Virus record (IMG/VR): IMGVR_UViG_3300002307_000022
Coordinates: 44,585 to 108,584 of that record
Direction: 5' to 3' (one strand)
Origin: a virus
DNA: 64,000 nucleotides
Of this stretch, positions 55,935 to 64,000 are shown piece after piece; positions within the stretch are counted from its first letter, which is position 1; each line of letters begins with the position of its first letter. The translations under genes were made by a program, and so were the position numbers. The notes beneath the pieces are model-generated. The model had not been told where the DNA came from, did not search any database, and saw only the letters and a list, made by a program, of their open reading frames with translations.

Positions 55935-58661
55935 ATGGTCGAAATCCGTGGTGGTGGTACGTTAGACGGCGCACAGTTAATTGATGCTGCGAGCGATTCT
56001 ACTCTTAGAGAACTTATAACTACCCTAACTATGCAGGGCAATAGAGACAAAGCAGATAAAGCTGAATCTATGGCTAAACAGGTTAAAGGTGCCGACATTG
56101 ATGCTGTCACTGAGTCTTATAAAAAACAGACTAAACAAGTTGACGACACTCACGAGTCTACAAGAAAACTCAAAGACAAACTAGACGACATGGCAAAATC
56201 GTTAGGGACTGTTAGTGCTACTCTCGCGAGCAAAGGCATAAGCAGTATATTTGATTTTTTCAATACCGGTCTAGATGCGTTTAGAAATTTAAGTACTATT
56301 GGTGCAGGATTTAACGGTAATCTTACTGAACTTAGTACTATTGCCCTTAACGCTGGTAAGAGCGTAGAAGGGTTTGCTAAGACAGTAGCAGAAAATCAAC
56401 AGAGCCTCGTGGGATTAGGAGGTAGTGCCGAAGGTGGCGCTAGGAAACTAGCCGAAATAGGCAGCATGCTCACTCAAGGTCAGCTTCTACAGAGATTTAG
56501 TGGAATGGCTATGGGGCTTAAAGATATTGAAAGCGCATCCCAGGCTTATCTAGAAACACAGAATAGATTAGGAACATTAACTAGGCAAAATTCATCTTCG
56601 TTAGCAGAAAACACAACTCGATATTCAGAGTCGATTGACGGTGTTGTGAGAGCGTTAGGGTTAAGCAGAGATGCGCTACAAAAAAATTCAGTAGCAGTTT
56701 CTAATGATCCAGTTTGGAATCAGTTACTTAGGAATATGAAAGATCAAGATGCTGCTGGTAGGGCTTTAATTAATATTTCTTCTCTACAGGCTGCTGCAGG
56801 TAAAGATGCTTCCGAAGCATTTAAAGAATTAGCAATAAAAGCTCCAACGGGTGCTCTAGCACTTGGATTAACTCAATTAGGACCAGCAGTAGGATCTCTA
56901 ATAAATCAAGTGAATACTGGAGGGAAAAGCCTAGCTGACAATATTGGGCCAATTAAAAGAGCTATCGATGATAAATTGAAAGGATTAGATCCTCTACAGA
57001 TAAAATATAATGACCAGCTCCGTGCATTAGATGAATTTAGAATAGCAATATCAGGCGCCGAAGCTGCTATAAAGCAAGAAGCCGCTGATCGAAATGATCC
57101 ATTATTAGTAGCTAGGAATAGCTTTGGCGCCGCACTAATGAATCTAACATCGACTATGGGAACAGCATTTAATAAATTTCAAGGAGCTCTTGCAAGTACA
57201 GAAATTTTTAAATCAATAGAAACTAACCTAAATAAATTTGCACAATATATTTCTAGTGACCAAGGTATAAAAGCTATATCAGAATTTGCTACAGATTTAG
57301 CTAATGCGTTTAAACAAGTTTACAGTGCAGTACAACAAGGTTACCAGCAGGGGGGAGTATGGCAAGCAATAGTTTCAGGATTAAATGTTATATGGGATAA
57401 AGTTGGCGAAGTTGTTGGAAGCAATCTAACTAAAATATTTAATCAAGTATTTCCAGGATCTATACCTAACAATGAACAAACTGCTCGAGCAAATAATCAA
57501 TCTTTACAAGATAATAATAATCAAAACACAGCACAGCGACAAACTTGGCAGCAAACATTTAGTGAAAATATAGCGTTCTTAAAAAAGAAAGGCGAAGAAT
57601 TTTTTAGCAGTTTACCAGCAGCACTAACTTCAGGAATTGATTCTGCAAGATCAAGTTTAAATTCTACATTTGATGATATTAAAACCTTTTTAGATTCGTT
57701 ACCTGCCAGGATTACTAGATTTGCAAATCGTATTAATGCTGATATACAATCAATTGATCTATCAAAATTTTCTACGTTTGCTTCCGATGTACGGTCATTA
57801 AGTATACAAGATTTGTCAGACAGATTTGATAGATTACCAGCAGCTATTGATAGAGTAAAAAACAGTATCACTGGATTTGCTGATCTAGTTAAGGGAGAGA
57901 TAACCAAACTTAATGCTCTCTTTAAACCAGGAGCTGAAGGCCCAGAATCGATCAATAATTTTTCCACAGCACTAGGTAGATTTGAAGGACCTCTAATGTC
58001 TCTAATCAACAAGATTAGTGGATTAGAAGGACAAGATGCTCAAACTTCAACAGCTTCAAATATTAGTAACGTACTAACTAGTGTAACTAATTTTATAGAT
58101 AAAACCGTACAAGGAATTGCTACTTTACAGAATTTAAATCCAGAACGTGCTAATGCAGCTATACCAATTATGCAAAAATTAGGTGTAGCAGTACAGTCTT
58201 TCTTAAGCGAACTAAGTTTAATTCAAGGCGGACGTCCAGCAGCATTAGAAAATTTCTCATCAACTGTTGAAGCTATCAGCAGGATTAATAATATAAACAG
58301 TGATAATCTCAATGGTGTTGTTACCTCAATGAGGTCACTACAGGGTATTGGAAACAATTTACAAGCTGATATACAGGGTGTCCAAGCATTTAGTAGCAAT
58401 GTTAGTGCGCTAGCAGATAATCTACAGAGGGCAGCTTCAGCTTCTCAAACACTTAGGGATAATGCAGGAAGCATACCAGGAGGATCTCCTGCTACTGGCG
58501 CATTAGGAGGAGCTACTACAACAGGCGGTATTGGTGTAAATGAGCTTTATGGTGCGTTGAACAGGGTAGAAAACGCTGTAATCAGTCTAGGCGGAGCATT
58601 AGCAACTATTGCCAGTAACACACAAAGGCCAGTGCCAGCAGTAACAACATCAGGACGTTGA
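55935..58661 (+). CDS. Tape-measure-like protein (gp29 equivalent)
   Basis: 908 aa, Ala/Ser/Leu/Gln-rich, predicted alpha-helical, low in Cys/Pro, divergent from gp26. Confidence 0.55.
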   Translation: MVEIRGGGTLDGAQLIDAASDSTLRELITTLTMQGNRDKADKAESMAKQVKGADIDAVTESYKKQTKQVDDTHESTRKLKDKLDDMAKSLGTVSATLASKGISSIFDFFNTGLDAFRNLSTIGAGFNGNLTELSTIALNAGKSVEGFAKTVAENQQSLVGLGGSAEGGARKLAEIGSMLTQGQLLQRFSGMAMGLKDIESASQAYLETQNRLGTLTRQNSSSLAENTTRYSESIDGVVRALGLSRDALQKNSVAVSNDPVWNQLLRNMKDQDAAGRALINISSLQAAAGKDASEAFKELAIKAPTGALALGLTQLGPAVGSLINQVNTGGKSLADNIGPIKRAIDDKLKGLDPLQIKYNDQLRALDEFRIAISGAEAAIKQEAADRNDPLLVARNSFGAALMNLTSTMGTAFNKFQGALASTEIFKSIETNLNKFAQYISSDQGIKAISEFATDLANAFKQVYSAVQQGYQQGGVWQAIVSGLNVIWDKVGEVVGSNLTKIFNQVFPGSIPNNEQTARANNQSLQDNNNQNTAQRQTWQQTFSENIAFLKKKGEEFFSSLPAALTSGIDSARSSLNSTFDDIKTFLDSLPARITRFANRINADIQSIDLSKFSTFASDVRSLSIQDLSDRFDRLPAAIDRVKNSITGFADLVKGEITKLNALFKPGAEGPESINNFSTALGRFEGPLMSLINKISGLEGQDAQTSTASNISNVLTSVTNFIDKTVQGIATLQNLNPERANAAIPIMQKLGVAVQSFLSELSLIQGGRPAALENFSSTVEAISRINNINSDNLNGVVTSMRSLQGIGNNLQADIQGVQAFSSNVSALADNLQRAASASQTLRDNAGSIPGGSPATGALGGATTTGGIGVNELYGALNRVENAVISLGGALATIASNTQRPVPAVTTSGR

Positions 58662-58691
58662 TAATAAAAAATGTCTCTATGACACAGATAC

Positions 58692-58699
58692 GATAAGTA
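58692..58699 (+). promoter_or_regulatory. Late promoter-like variant GATAAGTA upstream of the portal gene
   Basis: Followed by GGAG RBS (58711) and the GTG start at 58722. Confidence 0.45.
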
Positions 58700-58721
58700 A
58701 TAGATATGACGGAGTGATCGC

Positions 58722-60443
58722 GTGTCCTGGAAGAAATACTTTAATCCTGTTAATAAAGATGGTAGACTCAGCCCTTTAGGTAATGATCCCGGCGGATCTG
58801 CTGCTTCAAAAACCAATTATAGCAGTTATCTTCCAGATGTATACACTGGAACTCCTAATCGTATTGAACGCTATCTCCAGTACGATACTATGGATATGGA
58901 TAGTGAAGTCAATGCAGCACTCGATATCATAGCAGAATTTTCTACACAGAAAAGTCGAGAGAACGGAACACCATTCCTTGTTACGCTGAGAGACAAAGCC
59001 ACTAGCGTAGAATTAAAATTAATCAAGGATTACCTGATTAAATGGACCAAACTACAGCAGTTAGAAACACGAATTTTCCGTATTTTCCGCAATGTCTGCA
59101 AGTATGGTGATGTTTTCTTTATACGTGATCCAGAAACTAAAAAATGGTTCTATATTGATCCAGGTAAGATAACAAAAATTATCGTCAATGAGAGCGATGG
59201 TAAGAAACCTGAGCAGTATGTTATCCGTGATCTTAACCCAAATTTCCACGATTTAGTGGTCACGGCTATCAATCCTAGCAATCAGAATACACAACCAACT
59301 ACTTCGTCTTTTGCAGGAGGCGGTGCTGGTGCTAGAGGTATGACAGGAGCATATCCACAGACAACTGGCAATAGATTTACTATTGGTCAGAACGAGATGG
59401 CCATACCTGCAAAACACGTTGTACACATCAGTTTAAGCGAAGGATTAGACAACAACTATCCTTTTGGTAACAGTTTGCTTGAAAGTGTTTTTAAAGTTTA
59501 CAAGCAGAAAGAATTGCTTGAAGATGCGATCCTAATCTATCGTATACAACGTGCTCCTGAACGTAGGATTTTCTATATCGACGTGGGAAATATGCCAAGC
59601 CATATGGCTATGCAGTTCGTTGAGCGTGTTAAAAATGAAATACATCAAAGAAGAATTCCAAGTTCTATAGGCGGAAGTAGCGTAGTTGATTCAAGTTATA
59701 ATCCTCTATCAATCAATGAAGATTACTTCTTTCCGCAGACAGCAGAAGGTAGAGGATCCAAGGTAGAAACGCTTCCAGGCGGTACAAATCTCGGTGAAAT
59801 TGACGATTTGCGCTATTTTACAAATAAATTGTTCCGCGCACTGAGAATTCCTAGCAGCTACTTGCCAACAGGTTCAGATGACAGCGCAAACACGTTTAAT
59901 GACGGTCGCGTTGGAACTGCTTACATACAAGAACTACGTTTTAACAAGTATTGTGAGCGCCTACAGAGCCTCATGGACGGAGAAATTGACAAAGAATTTA
60001 AACTTTATCTAATGGAAAACGGAATCACTATCGACGATAGTTTATTCAGTTTAAAATTTAATCCTCCGCAGAATTTTGCTGCATACAGGCTTAGTGAGCT
60101 TGATGCGCAACGTGTTCCAACGTTCCAAGCACTTGAACAAATCCCATATCTCAGCAAGCGATTTACTATGAAACGCTTCTTGGGACTAAGTCCTGAGGAA
60201 ATCTTAGAAAACGAAACGATGTGGAAGCAAGAACACAAAGAGATCAATGCAGCACAGCTAAGTCCGAGCGCAGAATTGCGCAGCGCAGGTATAACACCTA
60301 ACGGAATCCAAGATGCGATGAACCCCGAAGAACCAGGAAATCCTGAGGCAGAACAGCCCGCACCGACGGGAGCAGGAGCTCCTATGGCAGGACAAGCAGG
60401 TCCAGCACCAGTAGCAGCGCCTGGCGCAGCACCAGGAATGTAG
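58722..60443 (+). CDS. gp20: Portal vertex protein, T4 gp20-like
   Basis: MD.DSEVNAALDII, LLEDAILIYRIQRAPERRIFYIDVGNMP, EDYFFP....GRGS.V.TLPGG.NLGEIDD..YF..KL..AL.IP. Confidence 0.95.
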   Translation: MSWKKYFNPVNKDGRLSPLGNDPGGSAASKTNYSSYLPDVYTGTPNRIERYLQYDTMDMDSEVNAALDIIAEFSTQKSRENGTPFLVTLRDKATSVELKLIKDYLIKWTKLQQLETRIFRIFRNVCKYGDVFFIRDPETKKWFYIDPGKITKIIVNESDGKKPEQYVIRDLNPNFHDLVVTAINPSNQNTQPTTSSFAGGGAGARGMTGAYPQTTGNRFTIGQNEMAIPAKHVVHISLSEGLDNNYPFGNSLLESVFKVYKQKELLEDAILIYRIQRAPERRIFYIDVGNMPSHMAMQFVERVKNEIHQRRIPSSIGGSSVVDSSYNPLSINEDYFFPQTAEGRGSKVETLPGGTNLGEIDDLRYFTNKLFRALRIPSSYLPTGSDDSANTFNDGRVGTAYIQELRFNKYCERLQSLMDGEIDKEFKLYLMENGITIDDSLFSLKFNPPQNFAAYRLSELDAQRVPTFQALEQIPYLSKRFTMKRFLGLSPEEILENETMWKQEHKEINAAQLSPSAELRSAGITPNGIQDAMNPEEPGNPEAEQPAPTGAGAPMAGQAGPAPVAAPGAAPGM

Positions 60444-60454
60444 GTAAATAAAAT

Positions 60455-60697
60455 ATGATTCTTAGAGAGCTTTTTTATTTTAATAATCCAGAAAACGAAA
60501 TGAGCAAGGATAATCGTTATGAACCTTCTCGAGACGATTCTGTTATAAGAAAAGGCGATACACGCAAGATTGCATTGACATTGAGAGATATCAATCGTTT
60601 GCGCAAGGCCAGTGATCTGCACGAACTAGAGACACAGAAGGACAATGATTTTTTTAGCAAAATGTATGCTGCACCACCTCCGCAACCAGCAGCTTGA
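60455..60697 (+). CDS. Hypothetical head-region protein
   Basis: 80-aa ORF (MILRELF) with a GTAAATA late motif at 60444-60450. Confidence 0.6.
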   Translation: MILRELFYFNNPENEMSKDNRYEPSRDDSVIRKGDTRKIALTLRDINRLRKASDLHELETQKDNDFFSKMYAAPPPQPAA

Positions 60698-60698
60698 T

Positions 60699-60815
60699 GA
60701 TAAATACATTTGCTAGAGGGAAATACAGTTGTATGACAACGTATTGTCATCTAAATTTCAAAATCCTTCGTTTTTGGCCTATTTCCATACCCTCCTTTTC
60801 ATATATCATTAAATA
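60699..60815 (+). promoter_or_regulatory. Two late promoter motifs bracketing a structured leader of the head operon
   Basis: GATAAATA at 60699-60706 and TAAATA at 60810-60815; hairpin ATGACAA-cgta-TTGTCAT at 60733-60750; GAGGGAAATA pairs with TATTTCC..CCCTC. Confidence 0.4.
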
Positions 60816-60852
60816 ATAATGACAGCCTTAGCAACCAGAGAAGGAGATACTG

Positions 60853-61818
60853 ATGGCCAGCGTAAACAAGTTTGAACAGCTGCTCGAGTACGTAGTAAAC
60901 GGCGAGCAAGATAGAGCAGAAGAGCTATTCCATGCACTAGTGGTAGCTAAATCCCGTGAAATTTATGAAAACCTCATTGATGAGGAAATGGAAGAAGAAG
61001 AAGACGTTGAGGAAGCCCGTGACGATGACGAGGACGAGGACGACGTTGAGGAATCTTGGAACATGGAAGCATCGGACGATGATGACGATAGCTTTGGTGG
61101 TGACGAAACAGACGACATGGCTAGCGATATTGAAGACGACGAAGGTGATCAGCCTAGCGATGACGACGATAGCGATATGGATATGGGACACGATGAGGGT
61201 TCAGAAGATCAGCGTCTAAGCGATCTCGAAGATGCACTAGATGATCTAAAGAGAGAGTTCCAGATGATGGTACATGGCGAGGAGCACGAAGAAGAAGGTG
61301 ATCCAGAGCATCATGGTGATATGCATATGAGCGATATCGAGCAGGATATGGGCCAGGATATGGACCAGGGCGGCAATGATATGCAGGGCGGAATGTTTGA
61401 AGAAGAAATTGAAGAAATCGCAATGAGCCCAGCAGAACTAATGAGAGAGTATGTTGATAAGATCGGCGAGCCATACAAGAGTGGTAACGGCATATCAAAC
61501 GCTAAAGAAGGTGGACACGTTGGCGCACAAGCCGGTTCAGTAACTGGAACTACTAACACTAGGTCAGTAGTTGCTAAGAAGAACGACATGGGCGGAACTA
61601 CTTCTAACATCGCACGCGGTGGTGAAGCAGGCAAGGGTGGTACACAGGGCGGTTTATTAAACCCAACTACTAAAGAAGAAAACTTTGGAAACATTAACGT
61701 TCCAGGTGGTAAAGCTGGTAAGACCGGATTTACACACCGAGTAAGCGACGGCCACGGCACTGAAAAGAAGGGCAAGGGCGAAGCAGGCGGAACTAATACT
61801 AAGAGCTTGTTTAGGTAA
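60853..61818 (+). CDS. Highly acidic prohead core/scaffold-like protein (T4 gp67/gp68 position)
   Basis: D/E-rich N-terminal half and Gly/Lys/Thr-rich C-terminal half; lies between portal and protease; AAGGAG RBS. Confidence 0.6.
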   Translation: MASVNKFEQLLEYVVNGEQDRAEELFHALVVAKSREIYENLIDEEMEEEEDVEEARDDDEDEDDVEESWNMEASDDDDDSFGGDETDDMASDIEDDEGDQPSDDDDSDMDMGHDEGSEDQRLSDLEDALDDLKREFQMMVHGEEHEEEGDPEHHGDMHMSDIEQDMGQDMDQGGNDMQGGMFEEEIEEIAMSPAELMREYVDKIGEPYKSGNGISNAKEGGHVGAQAGSVTGTTNTRSVVAKKNDMGGTTSNIARGGEAGKGGTQGGLLNPTTKEENFGNINVPGGKAGKTGFTHRVSDGHGTEKKGKGEAGGTNTKSLFR

Positions 61819-61828
61819 GGGTTGATAA

Positions 61829-62455
61829 GTGAAATATCTCCAAGAACACTTAACATTTGACCAAGCATCAATGGTCGTTGAGAGCGATGAAAAAGATGGG
61901 AAGAACCTCTATATGAAGGGGATCTTCATCCAAGGCGGCGTTCGCAACGCAAATCAGAGGGTGTATCCAGTCTCAGAAATCGCTAAGGCTGTCAAAACAC
62001 TCAACGATCAAATAGCTGGCGGATACAGTGTTTTAGGAGAAGTAGACCATCCACAAGATCTAAAGATTAACCTAGATAGGGTTAGTCATATGATTACAGA
62101 AATGTGGATGGAAGGATCCAACGGGATAGGTAAATTAAAGATTATGCCAACACCGATGGGACAATTAGTAAGAACATTTGTTGAATCAGGTGTAAAGCTA
62201 GGAGTCAGCAGCCGAGGAAGTGGCGAAGTTTCAGAAAACGGTACAGGTCAAGTTAGCAATTTCGAGATCATTACTGTTGATGTTGTCGCACAACCTTCGG
62301 CTCCTGGTGCTTATCCAACACCGATTTACGAACATCTCATGAATACAAGAGGTGGAAATAAGGCATTTAATTTAGCAAAAGAAGTTAGGCAAGACCCAAA
62401 GGCCCAAAAATTTTTAAAAGAACAACTCGTAAATATTATACGAGGGCTCCAATAA
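61829..62455 (+). CDS. gp21: Prohead core protease, T4 gp21-like
   Basis: GIFIQG...NAN.RVYP, GE.DHP, VSH.I, GVSSRGSG, D.VAQPSAP.AY; GTG start. Confidence 0.92.
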   Translation: MKYLQEHLTFDQASMVVESDEKDGKNLYMKGIFIQGGVRNANQRVYPVSEIAKAVKTLNDQIAGGYSVLGEVDHPQDLKINLDRVSHMITEMWMEGSNGIGKLKIMPTPMGQLVRTFVESGVKLGVSSRGSGEVSENGTGQVSNFEIITVDVVAQPSAPGAYPTPIYEHLMNTRGGNKAFNLAKEVRQDPKAQKFLKEQLVNIIRGLQ

Positions 62456-62469
62456 AGTAGGAGATGCAC

Positions 62470-63555
62470 ATGTTGGAAGTATTAAAACAGTTATTTGAGA
62501 ACAATGTGGTTTCCGAAGACATCAAAACGGAGATTGAAGAGTCTTGGAACAAAAGAATCCAAGAAAATCGCGACACTGTTACTGCAGAACTTCGTGAAGA
62601 ATTCGCACGTAAATTTGAACACGAGAAGTCAATAATGGTTGAATCACTTGACAGGATGCTTTCTGAGCGCCTCTCAGTTGAGATAGCTGAATTTGTTGAA
62701 GATCGTAAGGAATTAGTGGAAGCTAAGGCCAAGTATGCGAAGAAAATGAAGAAAGACGCTGAAACGATGAAGGAATTCGTATTCCGTAATCTAAACAACG
62801 AACTTTCAGAACTACATGAAGATCACAAGAGAATGTCTAATAATTTCGCAGCATTAGAAGAGTTCGTAGTAGCTCAACTAGCTAAAGAAATCTCAGAATT
62901 CCATATAGACAAGAAGGACGTAGTTGAGACTAAGGTTGCACTAGTTAGGGAAGCAAAGACCCAGCTTGATGCAGTTAAGTCACAGTTTATTAAGCGTTCA
63001 GCTAAAATGGTAGAAGAGACAGTTGTAAAAACTCTTAAGTCAGAGATGCATCAGCTGAGAGAAGACATTAGCTCTGCGAGAGAAAATGATTTTGGTCGTA
63101 GACTCTTTGAAGCGTTTGCTTCGGAATATACACATAGCTATCTAAACGAGAAGAGCGAAGTTAAGAAAGTTCTATCTGTTCTACAACAGAAAGAAGCTCA
63201 ACTAGCTGAAGCTTATGACTACATCAAGCAATCAACAAAGTTGGTTGAAAACAAAGAACAAGAAATTGCACGTATGCGTGACCTAGGACAGCGCAAGGAG
63301 ATCATGAGTGAACTTCTAGCACCATTAGGTAGAGATAAGAAGGAAGTAATGGGCTCACTATTAGAAAGTGTTGCAACACCAAAGCTTCGTTCTGCATATG
63401 ACAAATACCTACCATCAGTATTGAATGAAGGTAAAGCAACAAATAAACAGGCACTTACTGAATCCAAGGCAGTTACAGGCAACAAACCAAATGAGCAATC
63501 AGATGCTGCTACCAGCAACATCATAGAAATCCGTAGACTAGCGGGATTAAGATAA
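62470..63555 (+). CDS. gp22: Prohead core scaffolding protein, T4 gp22-like
   Basis: Coiled-coil, E/K-rich, between gp21 and gp23. The AGGAG RBS at 62459 favours the ATG at 62470 over 62464. Confidence 0.75.
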   Translation: MLEVLKQLFENNVVSEDIKTEIEESWNKRIQENRDTVTAELREEFARKFEHEKSIMVESLDRMLSERLSVEIAEFVEDRKELVEAKAKYAKKMKKDAETMKEFVFRNLNNELSELHEDHKRMSNNFAALEEFVVAQLAKEISEFHIDKKDVVETKVALVREAKTQLDAVKSQFIKRSAKMVEETVVKTLKSEMHQLREDISSARENDFGRRLFEAFASEYTHSYLNEKSEVKKVLSVLQQKEAQLAEAYDYIKQSTKLVENKEQEIARMRDLGQRKEIMSELLAPLGRDKKEVMGSLLESVATPKLRSAYDKYLPSVLNEGKATNKQALTESKAVTGNKPNEQSDAATSNIIEIRRLAGLR

Positions 63556-63569
63556 GGAGTTATAAAAAA

Positions 63570-64000
63570 ATGTCAACACTATTAGAAAGCCGCTGGCAGG
63601 AAACAAAAGAGGCACTACTTGAAGGCCTTCATGGAACACGTAGGTCAGTAATGGGCGTTACACTCGAGAATACTCGCAAGTATCTCGCAGAAAACGCAAC
63701 AGCTGGTGCAACATCTGCCGGTAACGTTGCCACTCTTAACAGAGTGATTCTTCCAGTAATTCGTCGTGTAATGCCGACAGTTATTGCTAATGAGCTCGTA
63801 GGTGTACAGCCTATGACTGGTCCAGTAGGACAAATCCACACTCTACGTGTGCGTTATGCTGACACCTCTTCAGGTGCTGGTGTAGTTGCAGGCGAAGAAG
63901 CACTAAGCCCATTCAAGATTGCTTCAGCTTACTCAGGTAACGAAGCACAGGGTGGACCAAAGGCCAACAGTACAGCTTCACTAGAAGGTCGTGCTGGTAA
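63570..64000 (+). CDS. gp23: Major capsid protein, T4 gp23-like (partial, runs off the right edge)
   Basis: Not in the ORF track. Manual translation gives MSTLLESRWQETKEALLEGL...ILPVIRRVMPTVIANELVGVQPMTGPVGQIHTLRVRY; AAGGAG RBS. Confidence 0.92.
   Translation, partial: MSTLLESRWQETKEALLEGLHGTRRSVMGVTLENTRKYLAENATAGATSAGNVATLNRVILPVIRRVMPTVIANELVGVQPMTGPVGQIHTLRVRYADTSSGAGVVAGEEALSPFKIASAYSGNEAQGGPKANSTASLEGRAG

Noticed and set aside
1-64000. CRISPR array
   Set aside because: No regularly spaced identical 23-50-bp repeats were seen; the repeats found are protein-level and degenerate.
1-64000. Stop-codon reassignment (as in some jumbo phages)
   Set aside because: Core genes are full length in the standard code, and TAG, TGA and TAA all terminate genes (e.g. 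TAG ends the portal and GIY-YIG genes).

Overview
This is a 64-kb, gene-dense, AT-rich segment of a large T4-superfamily myophage (jumbo-phage-like). It reads in the standard genetic code, and no host genes, tRNA, CRISPR array or integrase were seen. From left to right it has five blocks. (i) About 1-12.3 kb: a mostly minus-strand accessory enzyme cluster with an SGNH-like protein, a QueC-like PP-loop enzyme, a PLP-fold enzyme, an AspH-like 2OG-Fe(II) hydroxylase, three radical SAM enzymes, a methyltransferase, a UDP-glucose dehydrogenase-like enzyme and four glycosyltransferase-like proteins. (ii) 12.4-48.9 kb: a minus-strand tail fibre/baseplate module with paralogous fibres, a 5518-aa giant structural protein, gp6, gp25, a gp5-like spike with a lysozyme-like domain, a hub protein, and gp53-like and gp48/54-like genes. 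(iii) 48.9-53.3 kb: a plus-strand operon with sigma70-type promoters, encoding gp55 late sigma, gp47/gp46, an Hc1-like basic protein and a minimal GIY-YIG nuclease. (iv) 53.3-53.7 kb: the only long intergenic region, a GC-richer ~340-nt stretch packed with hairpins (GAAA tetraloops, G-U pairs, a possible pseudoknot) followed by a double palindrome. (v) 53.7-64 kb: a gp26-like gene, a tape-measure-like gene and the head module (gp20 portal, acidic core protein, gp21, gp22, and the start of gp23). A T4-like late promoter motif (ATAA[A/G]TA) precedes most structural genes. The best candidate for an undescribed system is the stand-alone GIY-YIG nuclease with a directly adjacent large structured RNA. 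The second is a late-expressed virion or DNA glycosylation/modification cluster. All assignments come from motif recognition by eye; no database searches were run.
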